Positions 46,859 through 56,804 of a stretch of 64,000 nucleotides of DNA are shown here, one piece after another. Each line of letters begins with the position of its first letter. Position 1 is the stretch's first letter. Made by a program: the position numbers and the translations under genes. The notes under the pieces were generated by a model that saw nothing but the letters and a program-made list of their open reading frames with translations, was not told where the DNA came from and searched no databases. Source of the stretch: an uncultured Spirochaetota bacterium (GTDB lineage Bacteria; Spirochaetota; Spirochaetia; SZUA-6; Fen-1364); the NCBI GenBank assembly GCA_963820525.1, contig CAWGAA010000001.1:2176001-2240000 (forward strand), in the 5' to 3' direction.

Positions 46859-47542
46859 ATGACGAACGCGAAATCTTTGAGTCTTTTCATTGTCACAGCA
46901 CTTTTCTTGACCGGGTGTTTATCGCCCAGACTCGGTTATCCGGTAAAAACAGTGGAAGTTCCCACGCCGGTCACTCTCTTTTCGACAATAGCGGCAAAGC
47001 CTGAAATCTATAAGATGAATATGGATTTCCTGTCGCGGGAAGCATGGGGTATCTTATACGACAAGAAGTTCCAAGAAATATTGGACAAGGTATCGGTCCA
47101 GAAGCTCCAATACCAGGTGAACGAAATATTCCAGGACAGGGCGGAAAAGGCGAGTGACCTGTTCGCCCTCAGCTCGCGTGAAGTCTTGAACACGGACATT
47201 CAATTCTCCAAGACCAAGGAAGATCCTCCCGAGTATTCGGGTTTCGATTTCAGCGCGAGCAGGGAATCCATCCCAACGAAATACATATTGGCTCTCACGA
47301 TAGACGACTGGGGATACAGCCCCTCGAGGAAGATAGAGCTTAATGGACCTTTCATGGTTATCACAATCCAGCTCATCGACAAAGAGACGAACGCAAGCCT
47401 CTGGAGATACAGCTTGCGACATCAGGAGAACATTTCACAGGATGCATATGAGCTGACGCAAGCGAGCTATTTCGAAGAGGCTTACCAAAAGATGATTACG
47501 AATGCAGTGAGCCGATATTTCCAGTGGCTCAACAGCAAATAG
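46859..47542 (+). CDS. Hypothetical lipoprotein
   Basis: GGAGGAG RBS; lipobox FLTGC; visibly lower GC than the flanks. Confidence 0.75.
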   Translation: MTNAKSLSLFIVTALFLTGCLSPRLGYPVKTVEVPTPVTLFSTIAAKPEIYKMNMDFLSREAWGILYDKKFQEILDKVSVQKLQYQVNEIFQDRAEKASDLFALSSREVLNTDIQFSKTKEDPPEYSGFDFSASRESIPTKYILALTIDDWGYSPSRKIELNGPFMVITIQLIDKETNASLWRYSLRHQENISQDAYELTQASYFEEAYQKMITNAVSRYFQWLNSK

Positions 47543-47574
47543 ACTGCCTCGGGCCGCGACGCGCTCGTCCGATA

Positions 47575-48612
47575 TCAGCCCGGCGCGGCCTTTCTCCTGA
47601 CCAGCTCTTTCGTCGAGAGAAGCCCGCAGGCCGCGGCGATATCGAGCCCGCGGGACTGTCTGATCGTGGCAAGGACCTCCTTCTCCCTCAAGAGCCTTTC
47701 AAATCTCTCAATCGACTCGCGCGGGCTCGGTGCAAAAGGGGCGCCTGGAATGGGGTGGAAGGGGATCAAGTTGACCCGGCAGCGGATCCCGTTCAGGATG
47801 CGGACCAGCTCCGTCGCATGCCTTGGGCTGTCGTTGACGCCGTCGAACATGATGTATTCGAAGGAGATGCGCCGCTGGCCGCGAACGGCCCGGTCGCGTA
47901 GGATCGCCAGCACCTCCTTCATGGGGTAGACGTGCTCCACCGGCATGAGCGCCCTGCGCTCCTCATCGAAGGGCGAATGGAGGCTCACGGCGAGGTGGCA
48001 CCTGCTCGCGTCCAGAAATCTTTCAATGGCGGGGATGAGGCCAACCGTTGAGACGGTGATGCGGGTGGGGCTCATCCCGTATCCGTAAGGCGAACAGAGG
48101 ATCTCAAGACTTGCCAGGACATTATCGAGGTTGTCCAGCGGCTCGCCCATCCCCATGTACACAATGTTCGTTACCCTTTCCCGCTCGGGAAGGCTCCTGA
48201 ACTGGTTGAGGATCTCTCCCGCGGGGAGGTTTCCCTGGAAACCCTGTTTCCCCGTCATGCAGAAGAGGCAGCCCATCTTGCAGCCCACCTGGACCGAGAG
48301 ACACAGGGTTGCCCTCTTCTCCTCCGGAATGAATGCAGCCTCGACAAAGCCCCTCTCCCCGGAGGGAAAGAGGTATTTCAGAGTGCCGTCGGTAGACCGG
48401 GCAAACTGTAGATGGGAGCGCACTTCAAGGGAATAGCGATCCTCAAGGCGGTCCCTCGCGGCCTTGGGCAGGTTTCTCATCTCCTGGAAGCTCTGCGCAT
48501 GCTTCTTGTATATCCAGTCGGCAAGCTGACGAGCGCCAAAGGCGGGGAGCCCGGCATCCGAGGCGACGCGCTGAAGCTCGCCGAGAGTCTTTCCATACAG
48601 GGGCTCTTTCAT
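47575..48612 (-). CDS. rlmN: 23S rRNA (adenine(2503)-C2)-methyltransferase, radical SAM
   Basis: CLSVQVGCKMGCLFCMTG, MGMGEPLDN, VSLH, IAAACGLL. Confidence 0.95.
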   Translation of the reverse strand: MKEPLYGKTLGELQRVASDAGLPAFGARQLADWIYKKHAQSFQEMRNLPKAARDRLEDRYSLEVRSHLQFARSTDGTLKYLFPSGERGFVEAAFIPEEKRATLCLSVQVGCKMGCLFCMTGKQGFQGNLPAGEILNQFRSLPERERVTNIVYMGMGEPLDNLDNVLASLEILCSPYGYGMSPTRITVSTVGLIPAIERFLDASRCHLAVSLHSPFDEERRALMPVEHVYPMKEVLAILRDRAVRGQRRISFEYIMFDGVNDSPRHATELVRILNGIRCRVNLIPFHPIPGAPFAPSPRESIERFERLLREKEVLATIRQSRGLDIAAACGLLSTKELVRRKAAPG

Positions 48613-48621
48613 ACGTGAGAC

Positions 48622-49278
48622 CTAAAAGTATATCTCCGCGCTGATATTGGCAAAGGGTACGCCCCGGTCTATGAGGAGGTCCCTTACATCCACCACCATC
48701 TCCGCGCTTCCGCAGAGAAGGTAGCGCGAGCCGGCATCCAGCGGACATTTCCTGAGGTACGAGGTGAGCCGGCCGTGAAAAACCTCCCCATCATCCTCAG
48801 CGCTCGAGCAGGGAATATAGCGCGCGCCGAGCATCGAGGTGAAGAGCCCCCGGAAAAACAGCCCGGAGAGAAGCCGGCTCCCATGGATCAAAGTCTTACC
48901 TTTCGACATGCCCGAGCGCGCCATCGATGCAAAGGGCGCAACCCCCGTGCCCGTGGCGATCCATATCGACGGGCCATCTTCGTCGTGGAAATTGCCGAAG
49001 GGGGCCGAAACGGAGATGGAGTCGCCCGCCTTCACGGCGGAGAGCCGAGGGGTGAGAAGCCCGCCGGAGACAACATCGAACAGCACCTCCCAATCCGGAT
49101 CTCCCCGGCCGCTCGCAATGCTGTAGCTCCGCGGCCCAGTGGCGGGATCCAGGCTGAGTGAAAGACACTGACCGGGGATGAAGTCAGATGCACGCTCAAG
49201 GGAAAAAAGGAAAGCGCCCGGGGCCATCCGCTGCAATCCCCGCACCCTGGTTCTGTGAAAGGAACCCGTTTCCGTCAT
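48622..49278 (-). CDS. Ferredoxin-NADP reductase-like FAD-binding oxidoreductase
   Basis: Start MTETGSF; RSYSIAS, GLLT, IATGTGVAPF, LLCGS, EIYF. Confidence 0.88.
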   Translation of the reverse strand: MTETGSFHRTRVRGLQRMAPGAFLFSLERASDFIPGQCLSLSLDPATGPRSYSIASGRGDPDWEVLFDVVSGGLLTPRLSAVKAGDSISVSAPFGNFHDEDGPSIWIATGTGVAPFASMARSGMSKGKTLIHGSRLLSGLFFRGLFTSMLGARYIPCSSAEDDGEVFHGRLTSYLRKCPLDAGSRYLLCGSAEMVVDVRDLLIDRGVPFANISAEIYF

Positions 49279-49428
49279 GTCGCTTTCAGGCGCGCCAACA
49301 TTGCGCAAAATCCCTCTGGGTATTTTATCTGCAAGGAGGCACCGTGAAAACGGCAAGGCATAACCGGCCGTCGCCTTGACCCTGCGAGTATGCCCTCCGT
49401 ATTTTTATCCTTGACAAGAGCTAGCGAT

Positions 49429-50271
49429 ATGGGGCTCGCCACTTCAGTCCAACTCCTCCAAGCGGCCGTCTCCGAGCGATGCATCATCGCAGCCTTTCCG
49501 ATGTTCAGCGCCGAGGCGGCGGAAGCGATCGTTCGCGCTGCGGACGACGCCGGCGCTCCGGTGATCCTCTCCGTGGATGAGCTCGACCTGGAGCGCATGG
49601 GGGCGGAGGAGGCGGTCTGCCTGGCGCGGATCAAGGCCGAGAGGGCCCGCGTTCCGGTAGTCCTCCACCTGGATCACGGGACGAGCCTGAAGAGCGTGGT
49701 CCGCTGCCTGAGGGCGGGGTTCACTTCCATCATGATCGACCCTTCCAACTACCCTGAGGAAGAGGGCCTTTCCTTCGTTCGCGGCGTTGTGGAAATCTGT
49801 CATGAGGCGGGAATCGGCGTCGAGAGCATGGTTGGAACGCCCCAGCCGGTCGTCGATCCGCAAGGGAAAGCGGGGAGCGAACAGCAGCTTGCCGATCCTC
49901 AGAAGGCCCAGGCTTTTATCGAAAAGACGGGCGTCGATTCCCTCGCGATCTGCGAAGGAAGCGAGCACGGCGGTCTCCTCGTCGACCGTCAAGCCCGCAT
50001 CGACATGACCCGGCTGAAGGAGATCGCCCGGGTCGTCTCGATCCCTCTGGTGATCTCCGAAGCGAGCGGCGTGGGTGACGATCAGCTTCGCGAGCTTCGA
50101 CGAACGCGCGTGGGAAAGCTCACTATCGGCTCGGCCCTGCGCATGACCTGCAAGCTGGCAATGCTCGAGGCGCTCAAGGAGAGCCTCCTCGACGTGCGCG
50201 AGGCCGGTATTCGCGCGGAGAAGGCTATGTACCGGATCGTCCGCGACTCGATCAAGAAACTGACTCTGTGA
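49429..50271 (+). CDS. Class II fructose/tagatose-bisphosphate aldolase homologue with a degenerate metal site
   Basis: VVLHLDHG, GFTSIMID, TGVDSLA, GSEHG; the usual LHGGSG reads ISEASG. Confidence 0.82.
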   Translation: MGLATSVQLLQAAVSERCIIAAFPMFSAEAAEAIVRAADDAGAPVILSVDELDLERMGAEEAVCLARIKAERARVPVVLHLDHGTSLKSVVRCLRAGFTSIMIDPSNYPEEEGLSFVRGVVEICHEAGIGVESMVGTPQPVVDPQGKAGSEQQLADPQKAQAFIEKTGVDSLAICEGSEHGGLLVDRQARIDMTRLKEIARVVSIPLVISEASGVGDDQLRELRRTRVGKLTIGSALRMTCKLAMLEALKESLLDVREAGIRAEKAMYRIVRDSIKKLTL

Positions 50272-50281
50272 GCATTCAGCC

Positions 50282-51766
50282 ATGAGCTTCATGGGGCTGG
50301 ATATCGGCCCGGAGGAGTGCACGGCTCTCGTCGCCTCGCGCTCCGGAGACGTTCTCTCCCGGCGCCGCGATGCCTATTCCGCGGAGAGCAGGGCGGCGGG
50401 ATGGGTCGAGCTCGACTGCGAGGCCGTGTGGGAGAAGGCGCGCGCCGTGATGCGCCATGCCGCGCGCGAGGCCGCCGCACAGGGTGATCCCGTGGAGTGC
50501 CTGGCCCCCTCCGCGTTCGGTGAGGCTGTCATCCCCCTGGATTCCAGCGGAAGCCCCCTCTCCTTCTCCCCCCTTGCCGCCGACAAGCGCGGGCTGGAGG
50601 ACATTCGAGCATTCACGGAAAGAGTTGAAGCGGAGCGGATCTTCCGCATCACCGGCGCGTACCCCGGCCCCGCGGCGGGCCTCGCGAAGCTTTTATACTG
50701 GAGGAGGGCTGAAAGCCTGCTCTTCGACGCGGCTCATTCTTTCGCCTGCTGGGAGGACTTCATCATCCGCCGGCTCTCCGGCAGAAGCGTCATCGACCCA
50801 TCCCTCGCTTCCCGCACCCTGCTGTTCGACATCCGCGAGGGCGCGTGGTCGGCCGAGATCCTTGCCGCTTCCGGCATCGGGGAGGAAAGGCTCTCCGCCG
50901 TGGCGGCATCGGGAAGCGCGGTGGCGGAAATAGACGCGCCAACGGCTCGCAGTGAAAATCTGGAGGAGCTGAAAGGGTGCATTGTGGCGACGGGAGGATG
51001 GGACCAGGCGTGCGCCGCCCTCGGCTCCGGCGTTCTCGCGGAAGGCGAGGCCCTCGACAACACGGCGGCCACGGAGTGCCTTGCGGCCCCCGTGCGCAGG
51101 CTCGCCAATGAAAGCGCGCTGCAGGATGGACACTTTCAGGTGATCCCGCATGTCGCCGGCGGGTGCGTCCTGGTTTCCAGCGGCACCCTCGCCGCCGGCT
51201 CGCTGCTGGAATGGTTCGGCCGGCTCTGCACGCAACCTTCCGGCACGGAGCTTTCCGCGCTGATAGAGAGCCTTCCCCCCGGCCCATCGGGGATCATTGC
51301 AATCCCCCATTTCTCCGGCGCGGGAACGCCGCTTTACGATGAACAAGCGCGGGGTATCCTTTGGGGTCTGACGCTTGACACCACGCGCGAGGAGGTCCTG
51401 AAGGCACTGATGGAGGGGCTGTGTTTCGAGCTCAAGCGCAACATCGAGTACCTCCGCTACTGCGGCATCCCCCTGGAGATCCTTTCCGTCACCGGCGGCG
51501 CCTCCCGATCCGACTTCTGGGTCAGCCTGAAAGCAACCGTCACGGGCTGCCGCTGCCAGGTTCCCCAGATAACCGATGCCGCCGCCTTTGGCGCGGCACT
51601 CCTGGCGGGGGTGGCATGCGGCAAGCTCTCGGGGGCGGATTCCCTGCGCGAGCTTGCCACGCGGGGGATGCGCGTGACTGACCCCGAGCCCGAGCTCGCC
51701 GAGCTGTACGAAGCGGCCTATGGGCGATACTGGAGAGTCGAGGAGGCATTCTCCGGCGCACACTAG
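50282..51766 (+). CDS. FGGY-family carbohydrate kinase (xylulokinase-like), divergent
   Basis: GLDIG, DKR, SLASRTLLFD, GGWDQ, PHFSG, EGLCF, TGGASRS. Confidence 0.85.
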   Translation: MSFMGLDIGPEECTALVASRSGDVLSRRRDAYSAESRAAGWVELDCEAVWEKARAVMRHAAREAAAQGDPVECLAPSAFGEAVIPLDSSGSPLSFSPLAADKRGLEDIRAFTERVEAERIFRITGAYPGPAAGLAKLLYWRRAESLLFDAAHSFACWEDFIIRRLSGRSVIDPSLASRTLLFDIREGAWSAEILAASGIGEERLSAVAASGSAVAEIDAPTARSENLEELKGCIVATGGWDQACAALGSGVLAEGEALDNTAATECLAAPVRRLANESALQDGHFQVIPHVAGGCVLVSSGTLAAGSLLEWFGRLCTQPSGTELSALIESLPPGPSGIIAIPHFSGAGTPLYDEQARGILWGLTLDTTREEVLKALMEGLCFELKRNIEYLRYCGIPLEILSVTGGASRSDFWVSLKATVTGCRCQVPQITDAAAFGAALLAGVACGKLSGADSLRELATRGMRVTDPEPELAELYEAAYGRYWRVEEAFSGAH

Positions 51767-51850
51767 ATCGAAGCGCGGCCGGAGACGGGGCGACGCGAGC
51801 TCATTCACACGAGGCCCGCTTGCGTGTATCCTCTCCCGCAGGGGGATTCA

Positions 51851-52300
51851 ATGAACACGCAAGCCGACGTTCAGGGCTTTCTGGCTGAAAAGACTTGGGC
51901 AATGGCGGGGATCTCCAGGAACGCGCAGGCATTCAGCTCTTCGGTCTTCAAGGACCTCACGTCGAAGGGCTTCCGAATCCTGGCTGTGAATCCGGGCGCG
52001 GACAGCATCGGCAGCGTCCCGTGCTACCCCAGCCTGAGCGCGCTGCCCGAAAAAGTAGGCGGAGTGCTGCTCTTCACCCCGCCGTCGGAAACCGAAAAAG
52101 TGGTGCGCGAGGCGGCTGCCCTGGGAATCCGCAAGCTCTGGATCCAGCAGGGGGCGGAAAGCGAAGCCGCCCTCCGCTTCTGCAGGGAGAACGGCCTCGC
52201 GGCAGTCTCGGGGCAATGCATCCTTATGTTCGCCCCTCCGCTGGGATTTCATGGGGTTCATCGCTGGTTCTGGAAGCTCTTCGGAAAGATCCCCGCGTGA
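51851..52300 (+). CDS. CoA-binding domain protein (YccU-like)
   Basis: AGISR, AVNP, CYPSLSALP, LWIQQG, QCILM. Confidence 0.85.
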   Translation: MNTQADVQGFLAEKTWAMAGISRNAQAFSSSVFKDLTSKGFRILAVNPGADSIGSVPCYPSLSALPEKVGGVLLFTPPSETEKVVREAAALGIRKLWIQQGAESEAALRFCRENGLAAVSGQCILMFAPPLGFHGVHRWFWKLFGKIPA

Positions 52301-52380
52301 GGCAGCCGCCGGCACGCGCCGCTACGGGCGCCCCCGGTCGGGGAGCGGTGGGGCAGCCCCTTGGATGCGCGCCCCCGCCG

Positions 52381-53016
52381 TCAGGGAGATGAGGCGGATG
52401 CTGCCTGCTCGATTGCCTTCAACAGCACCCTGCTGGATGCCGTGGCTCCGCTCACGACGTCCACCGCGCTCGATTGAGCGGCCTTGACCTCCTCGAAGAT
52501 CCTGGAAGCCAACGACTCATCGATGTTCTTTCCGCTCATCAGCTTCAGGCCCTCGATCCGGCATCCCGCCGCAGTCAGCTCCACCGTCGCCTCGATTTCA
52601 CCTTCCCCGTAGGTTGCGCTTCGCGTCCCGTCGGCGAGCGCGGAGAGGGTTACGCCGCCTGCCGGCGTCTTTTCGATGATGGATCCGAAACCGGCTTGCG
52701 CGCCCACGAACCGCACCCCGAACACCACGGCAATCACTCCCAATACAAGAGCCGTGGCCACAAGAGCGAAGGGCGGCTGGAAGCGTGCGCTCGCAGCGCT
52801 TCGGGATACCAGGCGGTTTCTGATCGTGCAGGTGATGCCGGCCAGGAGGCCGCAGAGCGCGCTCGCCGCCGGAGCGAAGCTGCACACGGACCGGTAGCCC
52901 AGAACGTTCGGCTTCGACGCCGAGGGGTTGGGAATCAATGTGATGACGGCAAGCAGGGTGAACGCCAGCGACAGGCCCAGAAGGGCGTAGTAGGGCTTCG
53001 ATTGAGCGGATAGCAC
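52381..53016 (-). CDS. Membrane protein with a C-terminal FMN-binding (flavinylation) domain
   Basis: GTG start after GGGAGAG; three TM segments; VDVVSGATASS motif. Confidence 0.78.
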   Translation of the reverse strand: MLSAQSKPYYALLGLSLAFTLLAVITLIPNPSASKPNVLGYRSVCSFAPAASALCGLLAGITCTIRNRLVSRSAASARFQPPFALVATALVLGVIAVVFGVRFVGAQAGFGSIIEKTPAGGVTLSALADGTRSATYGEGEIEATVELTAAGCRIEGLKLMSGKNIDESLASRIFEEVKAAQSSAVDVVSGATASSRVLLKAIEQAASASSP

Positions 53017-53033
53017 TTCAGTCTCTCCCAGCC

Positions 53034-54833
53034 TCAGGATGTCGGGAAGCGGATCCAGCTCATGAAGCCGACCCTGGCGAACACGATGATCTGCGACGTG
53101 AGGTCCCCCAGCATCCACGCGTAGGCGTCGCCCGTCAAGGCCAGGCCGAAACGGATCTCCTTGACGGTAGCGCGTCCGAACTCCAGCCCGAGGCCGAGCT
53201 GGGCGTCGCCCGTATAGACGAGGGGAAGCCCCAGTGAGCCGCCCAGCCCCGCGAAAACGACGGGGTGAACGCTTGAATCCTTGGACCCGAACCCGACCAT
53301 GAACCGGATCATGTATTGAGCCGCGTAGGAAGAGCCCACGAAGGAGCCCGTCATCGTATCGATGGCGCCGATGCTCCATACGGACAAGAGCTGGGAAAAG
53401 GTCGTTGAAAAGCCATCATAGCTCGCCGTGGAACCCAGCTCGAGTCCGCCGCTCCAGCCTTCCATCAAGAGCGATATTTCGCTGAAGAAACTCCCAGCGC
53501 CCGCACCGGCGTCGAGGCCGAGGAATCCTCCCGACCCCGGCGGCGCTGAGGAGCCGCCCGACCCCGCCGTCGTGGTCCGCTCCTTGTTCGGCAAGAGCGC
53601 ATCCGCCTTCAGGACGCCGGCCAGGTCCGCCTTGCTGAACCTCCAGTGGCCGCCCTCCCATTTCCAATCCGACAGGAAGGTCTTGGTCCCCACCTTGAAC
53701 TGAAGCTGCGCGGTGCGGCCCAGCGGACCGTCGGCCGGGGGCATGGCGATCTTCTCAAGCGCGACATCGGGAGTCGAATAGCTTCTGCTCATGCCGATCG
53801 CCATCTTCTCCCAGGAGGCCTGGCGGAGGATCTCGATGGGAAGCCCCCCCCGCATCCGCTCGTGCCAGACCCGGCTCTCCTTTTCGCCTAAGGTCCTTTC
53901 GACCACGAGGAGATCTCCCCATCCCATGCTTGCGGCCCCACTGTAGGAAATGAAACGGAAATTCGAGACCGAATCTCCCGAGCTGCCGTTGAGCGCCGAT
54001 GCGAAGTCATTGGCCGACGGCTCCAGGAGCAGATCGATTGCAGCCGCTGAGAGCGTGGAGGCGGCGTTCGCCTTTTCCAGGAGGGCGGCGACGTTGACGG
54101 CTGGAATCGCGAAAAAAGTGCTCTGCCTGCCGGCCATGGACCATGAGTTAATACCAACCACCGTATAGCTGTAGCCGGATGGGGTCTGGGAGCGCACCAG
54201 GAGTGGGCCGCCCGAGTTTCCCGGGTCGATGGGAGCAGAGTGCTGGATGAACCAGGTGGCGTCCGTGCTCGCCAGCTCCGGCACGGAGACCTTGTTGTTC
54301 GTTATCGAGCCCTTTCCAAGCTGCCAGGCGGGCCTGTCCAGGAGCCCGGGATACCCTGCGGACCAGACCTCAAGGCCGTCCTCCAGCGTCGTGCTGGAGA
54401 GGATGAACGAATAGGGGGGAGGGGTCGCCCCGGCGGGAAAAGCGATGAAGGCGAGGTCCGTGGAATCGTCCATGTAGACAATGGGACATCCCTTGAACTC
54501 GAGGCTTGTTCCGTCTGATTTCTGGAACTCCACATCGGCCTGGCTCGCCATGGCCACGACGTGGCGATTCGTCACGATCCAGGACTTCCGCTGGCTGTCC
54601 ATGAGGAGAAACCCGCTCCCGTACCCGCCTTCGGCATAGGAGTCGAAGAAATCCGCGAGCTCCTTCTCATTCTCTTTTTGCAAATCCTGGGCCAGCTTCT
54701 TGAAAGAGGCTTTTATATCGGTGTCGAGCATCGGGCGGACGATGCAGACCTGATCGCGAATGTCCGCCCACAGCGAGCCGGAGGCGACGACAAGAATGAT
54801 GTAAAGAACCGTGGCAGCTTTCTTTCTCAGCAT
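53034..54833 (-). CDS. Secreted trypsin-like (S1C) serine protease with an uncharacterised C-terminal region
   Basis: Signal peptide; GSGF, TNRHVV (His), DLA (Asp), IDPGNSGGPL (Ser). Confidence 0.85.
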   Translation of the reverse strand: MLRKKAATVLYIILVVASGSLWADIRDQVCIVRPMLDTDIKASFKKLAQDLQKENEKELADFFDSYAEGGYGSGFLLMDSQRKSWIVTNRHVVAMASQADVEFQKSDGTSLEFKGCPIVYMDDSTDLAFIAFPAGATPPPYSFILSSTTLEDGLEVWSAGYPGLLDRPAWQLGKGSITNNKVSVPELASTDATWFIQHSAPIDPGNSGGPLLVRSQTPSGYSYTVVGINSWSMAGRQSTFFAIPAVNVAALLEKANAASTLSAAAIDLLLEPSANDFASALNGSSGDSVSNFRFISYSGAASMGWGDLLVVERTLGEKESRVWHERMRGGLPIEILRQASWEKMAIGMSRSYSTPDVALEKIAMPPADGPLGRTAQLQFKVGTKTFLSDWKWEGGHWRFSKADLAGVLKADALLPNKERTTTAGSGGSSAPPGSGGFLGLDAGAGAGSFFSEISLLMEGWSGGLELGSTASYDGFSTTFSQLLSVWSIGAIDTMTGSFVGSSYAAQYMIRFMVGFGSKDSSVHPVVFAGLGGSLGLPLVYTGDAQLGLGLEFGRATVKEIRFGLALTGDAYAWMLGDLTSQIIVFARVGFMSWIRFPTS

Positions 54834-54928
54834 GGCGATTCCTTTTCCTATAACGATGATATATGATTTCGATGCACTTTCTATTATATCACCGAATGTG
54901 CCGAGAAAAAGGCACCCAGGGGGAACCA

Positions 54929-55321
54929 GTGGAAGAGATTGCGATACGCACGAGCGAGAAGGGGTGGCTCAGCCGTCTCGCAAGAGCCTACAGGGAAAGG
55001 ACCCCCATCCTCCTGATCGACGACGCACAGGTCGGGATCGATCCGAAAAGCGATTCCCTCATCTCAATGGGCATCAAATCCGGGCTGTCCACCGCGGATT
55101 GGATCGCGGTGGGCGTCTCCCTGGGGATCAGCGCCGCCGGAGTGCTGATGGTGGTTCTCGCCTTCCTCGATCCCGAGCCCACGAGCAAGCTGGGGCTCCT
55201 GGTCGGCGGCGGGGCCGTATGCGTTCTCACCGGGGGGCTCACCGCGGTGCGCATCCTCACGAAGCTTCGCCCGCCCAGCATCGATGTGAGCGCGGGCGGG
55301 ATCCGCATGAGATGGGAGTGA
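54929..55321 (+). CDS. Small hypothetical membrane protein
   Basis: GTG start after AGGGGG; two hydrophobic helices around DPEPTSK. Confidence 0.65.
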   Translation: MEEIAIRTSEKGWLSRLARAYRERTPILLIDDAQVGIDPKSDSLISMGIKSGLSTADWIAVGVSLGISAAGVLMVVLAFLDPEPTSKLGLLVGGGAVCVLTGGLTAVRILTKLRPPSIDVSAGGIRMRWE

Positions 55322-55392
55322 CTCGCCGCGCGCCCATGCCTTGCCTTATGGGGGGACTTGGGTTTTACTGGATCGAAAAAGGAGGAAGATGA

Positions 55393-56181
55393 ATGTCGGA
55401 TTTCCCGTCCGAAGAGACCAGGGACCTCCCGCGGTTTGAATCAATGAACGTCGGCATGATCCTGGACAAGGCGATCAATGTCTACACGAAGAATTTCTGG
55501 CTCCTGATCGGGATCATGGCCATCCCCGCGGCCCTCTCCCTCCTTTTGGGTCGGGTTTTCCTCTCCTCCGGGAGGCTCGACTCCGCTTCCGGGCTTCTCT
55601 CCCTGCCGCTGTACATCGTTTTGGTCATCGTGGCGGACGGCATCGGAGGAGCCGCGGTAACAGCCGTTCTCAGCGGCCTCTATCTGGGCAGGGAGACCTC
55701 TTTTGCCGGAGCGTATGCAGCGGCACTCAAAAAGGCTGGCGCTATCACGATCGCTAAGCTGCTCTCGGTTCTGTTCTGCATGCTGGGCATTTTCGTCATT
55801 GTCCCGGGAATCATCCTCGCGCTCTCCTACACTCTGGTATCACCCGTGGTGATGCTGGAGAGCATTCCCGCCTCCCGGAGCCTGAAACGCTCCCGAGAGC
55901 TCATGAAGGGCTTCCGCTGGAAGACCTTTGGCATGGCGCTGATCTATCTTCTCATCAGCGGGCTTATCTTGCTCGTCGGGACAATGGCCGCCAGGCTCCT
56001 GGTGCTGCTCACCGAGATCGACGCCTTCCAATACATGCTCCCCTCGCTTCTCACTGCGGCCCTCAACTTGTTCATCGCGCCGCTGCCGCCCATCATCGCC
56101 ACCCTCATCTACTACAATCAGCGCATCGGAAAGGAGAACTTCGATCTGGTGCTCCTGGCGGAGGCCATGACGGGAAAATGA
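55393..56181 (+). CDS. Integral membrane protein of the MoxR-associated operon
   Basis: GGAGG RBS; M.VG.ILD, PVVMLE, SLKRSREL..G.RW, YYNQRIGKE.FDL. Confidence 0.75.
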   Translation: MSDFPSEETRDLPRFESMNVGMILDKAINVYTKNFWLLIGIMAIPAALSLLLGRVFLSSGRLDSASGLLSLPLYIVLVIVADGIGGAAVTAVLSGLYLGRETSFAGAYAAALKKAGAITIAKLLSVLFCMLGIFVIVPGIILALSYTLVSPVVMLESIPASRSLKRSRELMKGFRWKTFGMALIYLLISGLILLVGTMAARLLVLLTEIDAFQYMLPSLLTAALNLFIAPLPPIIATLIYYNQRIGKENFDLVLLAEAMTGK

Positions 56182-56804
56182 CCACGGCAAGCGCAGCACC
56201 CACGGCCCCTGAGATCCAGAAAGTCACCGAGGAGATCCTGCGCCGCCCCGAGTTCCATGCGGCGGCAGCGGCGAGACCGGCCTCCCCCGGCTGGCTGGAC
56301 CGCCTCTTTTCCTGGCTGTCCGTGCATAAAATTTTCGGCTCGATACCTCTGGACACCTTCATTACCTGGGCCCTTCTCGCCCTTGCCGCCGCCGCGCTCA
56401 TCTATTACCTCCTTCGGCTCCTCCTGGCCGAACCGCGAAACCTCCGGGGAGCCCGCGCAGCCGAAGTCAGCTCCATCGCCCCGAAAGAGCCCTTGCCGGC
56501 GGACCCGGCGAGCCTTCTGGCCGATGCCGAGCATGCCCTGGCCGCGGGAGACACGCGCGCGGCGGTGCAGGCCCTCTACAGGGCGGCAGTTGCAGCGCTC
56601 GTCGCCAAGGGCCTCCTCGTCATCGAGCGCTGGAAGACCAACCTCGCCTACCTGAGGGAATGCCCCAGGACCTTCGAGCGCTACGAAGAGTTCCGTGAGT
56701 TGTCCGGTGCATACGATGAAATCGTTTACGCCCACAAGCCGCCGGACCAGGGGAAAATGGCCGGCCTCCTGGTCGAGGCAAGGAGGCTCTGCGAAAGCGT
56801 ATGA
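56178..56804 (+). CDS. DUF4129 domain protein
   Basis: EILRRPEF, TM, AVQALY, KTN..Y, YDEIVY; ATGA overlap. Confidence 0.75.
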   Translation: MTTASAAPTAPEIQKVTEEILRRPEFHAAAAARPASPGWLDRLFSWLSVHKIFGSIPLDTFITWALLALAAAALIYYLLRLLLAEPRNLRGARAAEVSSIAPKEPLPADPASLLADAEHALAAGDTRAAVQALYRAAVAALVAKGLLVIERWKTNLAYLRECPRTFERYEEFRELSGAYDEIVYAHKPPDQGKMAGLLVEARRLCESV

